A stretch of 37,266 bases of DNA from the NCBI GenBank assembly GCA_019038705.1, contig JAHOYX010000186.1, forward strand, positions 1 through 37,266, given 5' to 3'. Source of the stretch: Spirochaetales bacterium (GTDB lineage Bacteria > Spirochaetota > Spirochaetia > DSM-27196 > SLST01). Shown one piece after another: positions 26,701 through 33,894 of the stretch. A program made the position numbers and the translations under genes. How positions within the stretch are numbered: the stretch's first letter is position 1; each line of letters begins with the position of its first letter. The notes below the pieces were generated by a model. That model was not told the DNA's origin and searched no databases. It saw only the letters and a program-made list of their open reading frames with translations.

Positions 26701-27435
26701 GACATGGAGACTCTGGCCAACCTCATGGTGCTTCTTCGTGCTTTCGGTGCTCGGGCGGATTTGTTGCTTCCGCAAATGATATCCAACAGCGCCGCCATGG
26801 AAATAGTGGGGGCGGATCCTGGATATCTCCCCGGCAGGACGGCCTCGCCGGTGGGTCTTTCCGGAGCCAGGGATCATGAGCAGCTCCGGGGTCTTCTGGA
26901 CGATGGAAGAATCAAAGCGGCTCTCATTATCGGTGAGGATCCTCTCCGCCACGAGCGCACCGCATCCTACTTTCAAAACACAGAATTTCTGGCCGCGATG
27001 GACTGGACCAGCACGGAAACTACCCGATACGCCCACGTCGTGCTTCCCGGATCTACCTTCCTGGAGACGGACGGCACCCGGTGCAATTTCGAGGGCAGGG
27101 TCCTGGAATATGCCAAAGCCGTTGAGCCGCCTTCCGGTGTCTCCGGAACGGAAGCCCTGGTGGGGCTCGCCCGGCACTTCGGGATCAAGACAGGCCGCGG
27201 CTCAGCGCAGGGGTTGAGCGGCGAAATTGGCGGGATCGTCCGCAATGAATTGGGGGATCTTGTGCGTTATTACTGGAATACCGGTCAGCAGCGGGCATGG
27301 GGAGTAAATGGGCGGTTGGCGCCTGTAGACCTGCATGTCCGTGCCGGCACGATGCCGTTGGCGATGACCCATTTTGAGCGTCACAAGAAAGAGATCCGTA
27401 ACGTGGGGACGAGCAGGTTCAAGGTCCAGCACTGA
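23743..27435 (+). CDS. stnC: Large subunit: [2Fe-2S] + GltD-like FAD/NADPH domain + [4Fe-4S] relay + cofactor-less molybdopterin-oxidoreductase (NuoG/FdhF-like) domain (StnC-like)
   Basis: 'LCH...SCFLC...PAC'; 'DCLAPCTLGCP'; 'CGRICVRKCE'; GAGPAG; 'GGGNTAVD'; 'YRRT'; 'CVLCGRCIRTC'; 'CISCGNCIDACP'; 'CGFCSLGC...LC'. No Cys/Sec at the FDH catalytic position (NNIGSFSVLSS). Confidence 0.8.
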   Translation: MERIKVKINGREFEADPGKTILDVVRDNEIDDIPTLCHSPELDPYGSCFLCVVEVEGRNNLVPACSTRLTPGMEVQTRNDRVIASRKTALELLLSNHYADCLAPCTLGCPAGVDAQGYIALSAMGLHREAVDLIRERNPLPAVCGRICVRKCELLCRRNDIDEPVGINAIKRFITDLPGIYDDEPECAPPREKSVGIVGAGPAGLTAAWFLGRNGYKTVIYEAMDKSGGMLRYGIPAYRLTDAVLDREVDYICKADVEIRYGVRVGQDIPLQTLRANHDAVFLAAGAWAGKAMMVEGEFETDGVVGGIEFLREKTDDPQPLTGTITVIGGGNTAVDAARTAWRLGADKVIVLYRRTKNEMPADEMEIAACLEEGIEIMELAAPVGIIAEGGRLTALRCTRMKLGSPDSSGRRRPIALEGSEFDLPCRTAVVAIGQAPALDGLTSTAAGELGLSRWNTIEVDSDTMNTNIDGLFAGGDAADDGPTVVIDAIRDGRKAAGAIHARFGDDRLQPGSFAVAKDFWVKPGATELGEITESPRHEVHTISVEDREGSFAEVASGFEYEDNVHETGRCLSCGCVKYEDCPLRLYAEEYEVDMDRHKGHVRKHKVDDRHPYLLYDPNKCVLCGRCIRTCARVLPIPALGLIGRGIKTEMRPAMNDPLAETSCISCGNCIDACPTGALTSKYAFPGRASLSTSDVDTYCGFCSLGCPITVKRFGDNRYHISSGGGPGAYLCRYGRFDTELFIKQKRIVNPVVRSGSQYREVGFEEAYGTIVDAMKEAAETHGAESVAVFASPELTNEELYLAGRIAREGLKTNNIGSFSVLSSGKAPGVLDPFFGFTASTADRTALADADLIVCSNTSLESDHLILSVDVNAAVRTGTKLIVANSTLTANDSFFASLAMDPMRGSGSALWNGVLQMLLDSDRFKGVEDLPGGSEFLDTRDFTSERVSELTGVSAENIGQAAELLGEAQRVVFIHSPDRVQDQAPGDMETLANLMVLLRAFGARADLLLPQMISNSAAMEIVGADPGYLPGRTASPVGLSGARDHEQLRGLLDDGRIKAALIIGEDPLRHERTASYFQNTEFLAAMDWTSTETTRYAHVVLPGSTFLETDGTRCNFEGRVLEYAKAVEPPSGVSGTEALVGLARHFGIKTGRGSAQGLSGEIGGIVRNELGDLVRYYWNTGQQRAWGVNGRLAPVDLHVRAGTMPLAMTHFERHKKEIRNVGTSRFKVQH

Positions 27436-29354
27436 TGGTCAAGCTTGAAGACCTTTACGCCTTCATTGAGAAGAACTTCGATTTCCTCCTCGTAGTGGAT
27501 ATGAACGAGAAGATCATTCATGCCAACCAGTCCCTTGTCCGGGAGTGTGCTCCAGAAGAGATCCAGCTGGAAGGCAAATTACTGAAGGATGTGCTTACCG
27601 ATTCCTCTCTGAACACCTTCGCTTCCGCCATGGGCAATGCCAGGGAAGGAAGCAGAGGAATCGCTGTCTATTCCCCAATAGCAAAGATATCCTGTTCCCT
27701 GCCCCTGAAGGCCTCCTACAGTGACACCCTCAGAGGAGGCGTCTACCTCTTCTTCGGGCTTCACAGGGATGATTTCAGCAATGTCTCCGATTGGAAACGG
27801 AAGCAGAGAATCAGAGAACTCACCTGTCTCTACTCGGTGGCGGAGTGGATTGAACGTGCCGATACGGTCAGGGAGTTCTTTATCCAGCTTCCCGACTATA
27901 TCAACTCCGGCATGTGCTATCCGGATGCGGCGGTTTGCTACTCCGTGTATCAGGGCATGACATACGGCCAGAAGCCCTCCAGTTGTCTGAGCGTGGAGCT
28001 TACGGTGAGCAGACAGGTCTGCGGCGAGATTCTGGTAGGGTACATGAACGATGACTATGAATTTCTGCCGGAAGAGCAAAAAATGCTCAATGAAATCGGC
28101 CGAATGATCGGTCTTGCCCTTGAAAAGAAAGCCCTGTCTCAGCGTCTGAAGGATCTGGAGGAGGAAATTGAAGTCCGGACCAAAGATCTGGACGAACAGA
28201 ACCGCAAACTGAATATCGTCGACTCCAATTTGGTTATGGTGAACAAAGGTTGGGAGGAATCCAAGACATACCTGGAAGCCATATTCCAGACCATACCGGA
28301 TGATGTGGCCCTGATCGACCGAAATCGTCGGTTGATGATGACCAACCGTCAGGAGGCAGAGCCGGGAACCAAGTGTCACCGAGCCTTCTTTGACCGGGAT
28401 GTTCCCTGTCAGGACTGTCGTCTCAAGAGGATCATAGCCGATAAGGCTCCGCTTACCCTCACCATAAAGCACAATGACAAATACCTTCAGGTCTACGCAA
28501 TGCCAATCTACAACCAGAACCACGAGGTGGATGCTATCATCGAGTTCTTCCGGGATGTGACCCTGGAAATGACCTATGAACAGCAGATCCAGCAGGCCGA
28601 CAAGATGGCATCCTTGGGTCAGCTCGTCAGTGGTGTTGGCCATGAGATCAATAATCCCAATCAGTTCATCCAGGGTAACATAAGAATCCTGAAGCAGGCC
28701 CTGGATGATATGCTGCCAATCGTAGAGGAATACCACAAAGATCATCCGGACTTGACCATTGCCCGATTGAAGTACGATTTCTTTCGCGAGCACATCATGA
28801 CCCTGGTCGATGACATGGCTCGCGGCTCCGAGCGAATAAAGGGGATCGTGAAGGCGCTGCGCAGCTTCACTCAGCGCAATGAAGGCCTTCTCGTTGATAC
28901 TATCGAGGTGAATACCATCATCGAAGCCAGTGTCCGGCTCGTCCACGATGAGGTGCATAAGCGGGCCGATATCGATCTGGACCTGGCCGAGAATCTCCAC
29001 ACATTTGCCGGCAACTCCCAGAAGATAGAACAGGTTTTGATCAATTTGATCCTCAACGCCGGCCAGGCCATGCCGGACGACAGGAGAGGCAGGATCACGA
29101 TCAGGACCAGCAAGGTTCGCCCTGATGCGATTCTCATAGAGATCCAGGACAACGGGCGGGGGATGAGTGAGCAGACAGCAAAACAGATATTTGATCCCTT
29201 CTTCACCACGAAGCGCAACATGGGAGGTACGGGACTGGGGCTTCCAATCGCGTTCAAAATTATCGAGGAGCACCGCGGCAGCATATCCGTAGACAGTAGA
29301 CTGGGAGTAGGAACGACTTTCTCAATCAGGATTCCTGCTCCATCCGGCAGTTGA
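27435..29354 (+). CDS. Cytoplasmic PAS-domain sensor histidine kinase
   Basis: No TM seen; PAS-like and GAF-like regions; H-box 'GVGHEINNP', N-box 'QVLINLILNA', 'QDNGRGM', 'FDPFFTTK', 'GTGLGL'. Start overlaps the stnC stop. Confidence 0.92.
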   Translation: MVKLEDLYAFIEKNFDFLLVVDMNEKIIHANQSLVRECAPEEIQLEGKLLKDVLTDSSLNTFASAMGNAREGSRGIAVYSPIAKISCSLPLKASYSDTLRGGVYLFFGLHRDDFSNVSDWKRKQRIRELTCLYSVAEWIERADTVREFFIQLPDYINSGMCYPDAAVCYSVYQGMTYGQKPSSCLSVELTVSRQVCGEILVGYMNDDYEFLPEEQKMLNEIGRMIGLALEKKALSQRLKDLEEEIEVRTKDLDEQNRKLNIVDSNLVMVNKGWEESKTYLEAIFQTIPDDVALIDRNRRLMMTNRQEAEPGTKCHRAFFDRDVPCQDCRLKRIIADKAPLTLTIKHNDKYLQVYAMPIYNQNHEVDAIIEFFRDVTLEMTYEQQIQQADKMASLGQLVSGVGHEINNPNQFIQGNIRILKQALDDMLPIVEEYHKDHPDLTIARLKYDFFREHIMTLVDDMARGSERIKGIVKALRSFTQRNEGLLVDTIEVNTIIEASVRLVHDEVHKRADIDLDLAENLHTFAGNSQKIEQVLINLILNAGQAMPDDRRGRITIRTSKVRPDAILIEIQDNGRGMSEQTAKQIFDPFFTTKRNMGGTGLGLPIAFKIIEEHRGSISVDSRLGVGTTFSIRIPAPSGS

Positions 29355-29375
29355 AATGGCAAGGCCAACGAACCC

Positions 29376-30551
29376 ATGAGAAAGATACTGATCATCGACG
29401 ATGACGTTGCGGTAACCAACTATCTCAGGGTCTTCCTCATGCAGAATGAGCTCTCTGATTCCACCGTGGTTAACGATTCGCGGGAAGTTTCAGGGCTTCT
29501 GTCCACGGAAACGTTCGACGTCATCCTTCTGGATATGGACATGCCTCAGGTCGGCGGCCTGGATATCCTGGAGGAACTCCGTGAAAGGAAGATCGACACA
29601 CCCGTGGTCGTGCTGACCGGTGTCAATGATGTAGCGCTCGCCGTGAAGGCCGTGAAACTGGGAGCCTTCGATTACCTCATCAAGCCGGTTGATGACGAGT
29701 ACCTGTTGGAGGTACTCAACAATGCAATTGCCCAGGGCGCGCTCCATCAAACCATCGATCGGCTACCAGGTTATCTGAAACGGGAAGAGCTCATCCACAA
29801 AGAAGCCTTTGTTGAGTTTCCGACCCAGGATCCGAGAATGATCAGATTGCTTCATCAGGCGGAAAGCATCGCTTCCAGTGATCTGAATCTCAGCATCTGG
29901 GGCGAATTGGGAATTGGCAGGCTGGATCTGGCCCGGGCAATCCACAGGATCAGCCCGCGGAGGAAGGGGCCGTTTGTCGTGGTGGATGCTTCTGCCCACA
30001 AGCCGGAAGATCTGGTCTCGCTGTTCTTCGGGCAGGCCCAGGACTGGAGTGGCAGGCGGGAGGAGCGCCAGGGTTTTCTCGAGGAAGCATCTGGAGGGAC
30101 CCTGTTCCTTGAGAACATTGACGCATTTCCGCTTCCAGCTCAGGCAAGACTCAACAAAGTGATTCAGACAGGTGAATACTACACGGAGAGTTCCACGCAG
30201 ATCAGAAGGATAGATGTGCGTTTTATCACCGCTCTCCTCCATGATCCGGCTATCTACGCGAAGGAAGCCAATCTCTCCAGTGATCTGTTCCATCATCTGA
30301 CGATCAATTCCATCCATATCCCACCCCTTCGGGAGCGGGCGGAGGACATTCCTCTCCTGGTCCAGTATTTCCTCGGAAAGGAACTGAAGAAAACGGGAGA
30401 CACCATAACAGATCTGGATCCTGGATTCATTGAGCGTCTGAAGAAGCATGACTTCCCCGAGAATGTGCAAGAGCTTCGTACTATCGTTGCAGAGGCGGCC
30501 GGCGGCAACCTATTCAGGGATGGCTTTGCTCACGGCCTGAAAGACGAATGA
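29376..30551 (+). CDS. NtrC-like response regulator with degenerate sigma54-activator AAA+ domain and no HTH
   Basis: Intact REC; AAA+ scaffold ('LARAIH', 'GGTLFL', 'PPLRER') but Walker A/B and GAFTGA are substituted; ends at 391 aa. Confidence 0.85.
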   Translation: MRKILIIDDDVAVTNYLRVFLMQNELSDSTVVNDSREVSGLLSTETFDVILLDMDMPQVGGLDILEELRERKIDTPVVVLTGVNDVALAVKAVKLGAFDYLIKPVDDEYLLEVLNNAIAQGALHQTIDRLPGYLKREELIHKEAFVEFPTQDPRMIRLLHQAESIASSDLNLSIWGELGIGRLDLARAIHRISPRRKGPFVVVDASAHKPEDLVSLFFGQAQDWSGRREERQGFLEEASGGTLFLENIDAFPLPAQARLNKVIQTGEYYTESSTQIRRIDVRFITALLHDPAIYAKEANLSSDLFHHLTINSIHIPPLRERAEDIPLLVQYFLGKELKKTGDTITDLDPGFIERLKKHDFPENVQELRTIVAEAAGGNLFRDGFAHGLKDE

Positions 30552-30582
30552 AGCCTGGGAATACGCAATCTCAGCATCCTCG

Positions 30583-31086
30583 TCACATGTTGCTGACAGC
30601 CGCATGGTATTTGATGGTGCCGTGCTTCCCGCTGAGGGCCCCGGGCTGGAGTTCCATAGCCATGAACACCTCTTCGGGAACCTGGTATTGAGAATCGATC
30701 CCGAATCGAGACGAAGGTGAGAAACCAAAACGCGGGTAGTATCCCGGGTGTCCCAGCACAATGATTGCGGCCAAGCCCAGATGCCGGCACTGATCAAGGC
30801 CGGCGCCCACCAGTGCCGAGCCGACGCCGTTCCTCTGGTGCTCCGGCGCCACCGCCAGGGGACCGAGCCCCATCACCCGGAGATCCGGATGCCCCGAGAG
30901 AGAAACAGGCGAAAACATGATGTGACCGACAACCTTCCCATTATCCTCGGCGACGAGCGAGACAACCGGCTGTGCCTGTTCCCGGAGGGCGTCAACGAGC
31001 TGCGCCTCGGCCGGTGTTTCGAAGGCAGACGCGTTTACAGCGTACACTGCGGCCTGATCGCTTTCTTCTTCGGCTCGAATCAGCAT
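30583..31086 (-). CDS. GNAT N-acetyltransferase (YhbS-like)
   Basis: RBS GGAGG before ATG 31086; 'VVGHIMFS', 'LGPLAVAPEHQRNGVGSAL', 'VLGHPGYYPRFGF'. Confidence 0.9.
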   Translation of the reverse strand: MLIRAEEESDQAAVYAVNASAFETPAEAQLVDALREQAQPVVSLVAEDNGKVVGHIMFSPVSLSGHPDLRVMGLGPLAVAPEHQRNGVGSALVGAGLDQCRHLGLAAIIVLGHPGYYPRFGFSPSSRFGIDSQYQVPEEVFMAMELQPGALSGKHGTIKYHAAVSNM

Positions 31087-31123
31087 GTTGCCTCCTGCGA
31101 CGTTGCTCGGAGATACTCCATCG

Positions 31124-31831
31124 TCATATGTCGCCGAAGAAGGTTTCCCGGATGAACCCATGATCCGGCACCGCCCTGCGTTTGAGCTCTGACAGCATCA
31201 GGCGGTGATTGTACTCCACCGGCAGGATCCTGAAATCGACTTCATGCCCGACCGGGGCGTCAATGATCATGATGCTCGGACCACCGATATGATGGAGGCC
31301 GGCACTGCCGGGGTTGATGAAGCAGGGGTGTTTCTCACGATCTATCAATGTCCGGTGTGTGTGACCGAAGGCCATAATCTCATACTCGGTGCCGAACACC
31401 CGTTCCAGGGACGGTCGCCCGAGATCGATGTGAGAATCCGCGACCCGGTCGTCCGAAAGGTAGTAGTGTTCGCAGCGGACCCGGGAGTCTCCCGTGGACA
31501 GATCCAATCTGTGCGGGAGTTGCGCAATGAACTCTACCTCGGCCGCCGAGAGCTGCTCGTGAGTCCACAGGTAGTGTTCCCGTTCCCCCTGGCCCATCCG
31601 TTGCTCCAGCGTGGTGCTGAAACCAAGGACCAGGTCGTCCTCATGGTTGCCGGCAGTGGACCGGATGTCGTGATCGCGCAGGAACTGTACCGTCTCCGCG
31701 GGGAATGGACCAATCGCAATGGCGTCGCCCAGGTGCACGATGATGTCACACCCTTCAGAGATGAGCTTCTCGAACGCGGCCTCGAGAGCGGGAAGATTCG
31801 CGTGGATGTCCGACAACAGTCCTATTCGCAT
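31124..31831 (-). CDS. Metallophosphoesterase (calcineurin-like, YfcE/MJ0912-type)
   Basis: 'SDIHAN', 'LGDAI', 'GNHE', 'GHTH', 'NPGS'. Confidence 0.88.
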   Translation of the reverse strand: MRIGLLSDIHANLPALEAAFEKLISEGCDIIVHLGDAIAIGPFPAETVQFLRDHDIRSTAGNHEDDLVLGFSTTLEQRMGQGEREHYLWTHEQLSAAEVEFIAQLPHRLDLSTGDSRVRCEHYYLSDDRVADSHIDLGRPSLERVFGTEYEIMAFGHTHRTLIDREKHPCFINPGSAGLHHIGGPSIMIIDAPVGHEVDFRILPVEYNHRLMLSELKRRAVPDHGFIRETFFGDI

Positions 31832-31896
31832 GGGCTTGCACCCAGACTTTGACACCGCGTCATCGTGCGCGTCAACCACACCCCGCTGACTTTACC

Positions 31897-31927
31897 GCAG
31901 GTTCAATGCGGGCCGTATTGAACCTGC
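31897..31927. repeat. 11-bp perfect inverted repeat between divergent genes
   Basis: GCAGGTTCAAT-N9-ATTGAACCTGC, ending 1 nt before the lysA -35 box. Confidence 0.7.
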
Positions 31928-31928
31928 A

Positions 31929-31958
31929 TTGACTCCGTCGCGGCCCAATCGCTACTCT
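31929..31958 (+). promoter_or_regulatory. Putative sigma70 promoter of lysA (leaderless)
   Basis: TTGACT-N18-TACTCT, 7 nt before ATG 31966; no Shine-Dalgarno. Confidence 0.55.
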
Positions 31959-31965
31959 TCGCCCT

Positions 31966-33213
31966 ATGACCGAGAAGCACGTTCCGTTTGACAGGGATCT
32001 CGTCGAGCGGCTCTCCGAGCAGTACCCGACGCCGTTCCACATCTATGACGAAGCGGGCATCCGGGCGACGGCGCGCGCCATGAAGGCGGCGTTTGACTGG
32101 GTGCCTGGCGGCTTCAAGAACTACTTCGCCGTCAAGGCATTGCCGAATCCTTCCGTGATGGCAATCCTCACCGAGGAAGGCATGGGGTTTGACTGTTCGT
32201 CCCTGGCGGAATTGGCCCTGGCGGAGTATCTGAAGACTCCGGGCGATGACATCATGTTCACCTCTAATGACACTCCGGTTGAGGAGTTTGCCCGGGCCGT
32301 GGACCTTGGGGCAATCGTCAACCTTGACGACTACCGGCACATCGATTTTCTGCACGACCACCTCGGCCTGCCTGTGCGGGTGTGCATGCGTTACAATCCA
32401 GGCTCGCTGAAGGGTGGCAACGTCATCATCGGCAAGCCGGAAGAGGCCAAGTATGGATTCACCCGCGAGCAGATCGTGGCCGGGTACCGGCGAGCGCAGG
32501 AACTCGGGGCCCGCGAGTTCGGACTGCACGCGATGGTCGCGAGCAATGAGCTCAACCCCGACTACTTCGTGGAGACCGGGAAGATTCTCTTTGAACTCGC
32601 GGTTGAGGTACTCGAGAAGACCGGACTGCGAGTCTCGTTCATCAACCTCGGAGGGGGCGTTGGGATCCCGTACAGACCGGATCAGGATGCGGTGGACCTG
32701 CGGCGCGTATCGGAGGGCCTGCGGGAGCTCTACGACACGGTTTTGAAACCGGCGGGGCTGGACCCGGTGAGAATCTTCATGGAGAACGGGCGTGTCGTCA
32801 CCGGCCCACATGGCTACCTCGTGTCACGAGTGCGTCACATCAAGGAGACCTACAAACACTACGTAGGGCTTGATGCCAGCATGGCCAATCTCATGCGGCC
32901 GGGGGTGTACGGCGCCTACCACCACATATCGGTGCTCGGGAAAGAGAACGAGCCGGCCACGGAGACCTGCGATGTTACCGGGAGCCTGTGCGAGAACAAT
33001 GACAAGTTCGCGATTGACAGGCAACTACCGCGCATGGAACCTGGGGATCTGGTTGTGATTCACGACACCGGCGCGCACGGCCACTCAATGGGATTCAACT
33101 ACAACGGCAAACTGCGAAGTGCCGAGTTGCTTCTCCGGGTCGATGGCTCGGTGCGGCTCATCCGCCGGGCGGAAACCTTGCACGACTACTTCGCTACCCT
33201 GGATCTCGCCTAA
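31966..33213 (+). CDS. lysA: Diaminopimelate decarboxylase
   Basis: 'TPFHIYD', PLP lysine 'YFAVKA', 'INLGGG', 'MENGR', 'GSLCENND', 'GAHGHSMGFNYN'. Confidence 0.92.
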   Translation: MTEKHVPFDRDLVERLSEQYPTPFHIYDEAGIRATARAMKAAFDWVPGGFKNYFAVKALPNPSVMAILTEEGMGFDCSSLAELALAEYLKTPGDDIMFTSNDTPVEEFARAVDLGAIVNLDDYRHIDFLHDHLGLPVRVCMRYNPGSLKGGNVIIGKPEEAKYGFTREQIVAGYRRAQELGAREFGLHAMVASNELNPDYFVETGKILFELAVEVLEKTGLRVSFINLGGGVGIPYRPDQDAVDLRRVSEGLRELYDTVLKPAGLDPVRIFMENGRVVTGPHGYLVSRVRHIKETYKHYVGLDASMANLMRPGVYGAYHHISVLGKENEPATETCDVTGSLCENNDKFAIDRQLPRMEPGDLVVIHDTGAHGHSMGFNYNGKLRSAELLLRVDGSVRLIRRAETLHDYFATLDLA

Positions 33214-33746
33214 CTTGCGTATCTCAACCGGTTTCGCTTGAGCAGGTTTCCGAACACGTTACACAGCTTCCGCTGTACATCGGACTCGTGATCGCAGGTG
33301 ATTATCTCCCTGCGAAACATTTCATTCCTGACCATGCCCACCAGTGTCGACAGAATATGCAGGTAGTCCACTTCCTGGTCGGGGTGATTGGCAACAATGA
33401 AGATCAGGTGCACCGGCTCGCCGTCAACGGCATCAAAATCGATTCCGGCCCGAGAAACACCCAGGGCGATCCTTGGAGACAAGATCTGGTCGGTGCGCCC
33501 GTGGGCGACGGCGACACCATGCCCGAAACCGGTTGATTGAAGGCGTTCCCGTTCAACCACCTTCTCGGCGAACGCGCCTGAGTCCAGGCCGGAATGCTCT
33601 GTGAAGGTTCGCGCCCGGGAAACGATCTCGCGGATTGCGTCGAATTTTTCTGTGCTTTTGAGTTCCCAGATCACACTACCGGGATCGAAGTACGCCACGG
33701 ATGCAAGTCCAATTCTGCCTTTTTTGGTCGTTTTTAACCGCCGCAC
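33210..33746 (-). CDS. Stand-alone PTS EIIA domain protein (PtsN/fructose-mannitol EIIA family)
   Basis: 'ERERLQSTGFGHGVAVAHGR' with phospho-His, 'GIDFDAVDGEPVHLIF'. Start uncertain. Confidence 0.85.
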   Translation of the reverse strand: MRRLKTTKKGRIGLASVAYFDPGSVIWELKSTEKFDAIREIVSRARTFTEHSGLDSGAFAEKVVERERLQSTGFGHGVAVAHGRTDQILSPRIALGVSRAGIDFDAVDGEPVHLIFIVANHPDQEVDYLHILSTLVGMVRNEMFRREIITCDHESDVQRKLCNVFGNLLKRNRLRYAS

Positions 33747-33894
33747 CGCGACGATGGAAAAAATATATCAAATAGACTCCAATTATGCCATACCCGTTAT
33801 CCGCGAACATGCGCAGGGGCATTCTTGCCTGCATCAGCACCTTTGATGAACATCCATGTGCGTTTGCACTGAATTTGCTATGCTGCCCACCATC

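Noticed and set aside
23743-27435. Formate dehydrogenase, [FeFe]-hydrogenase or glutamate synthase call
   Set aside because: No catalytic Cys/Sec-His, no H-cluster motifs and no gltB partner; the architecture fits Stn.
27579-29273. 564-aa minus-strand ORF
   Set aside because: Lies entirely antisense to the histidine kinase; a typical mirror-frame artefact with no motifs.
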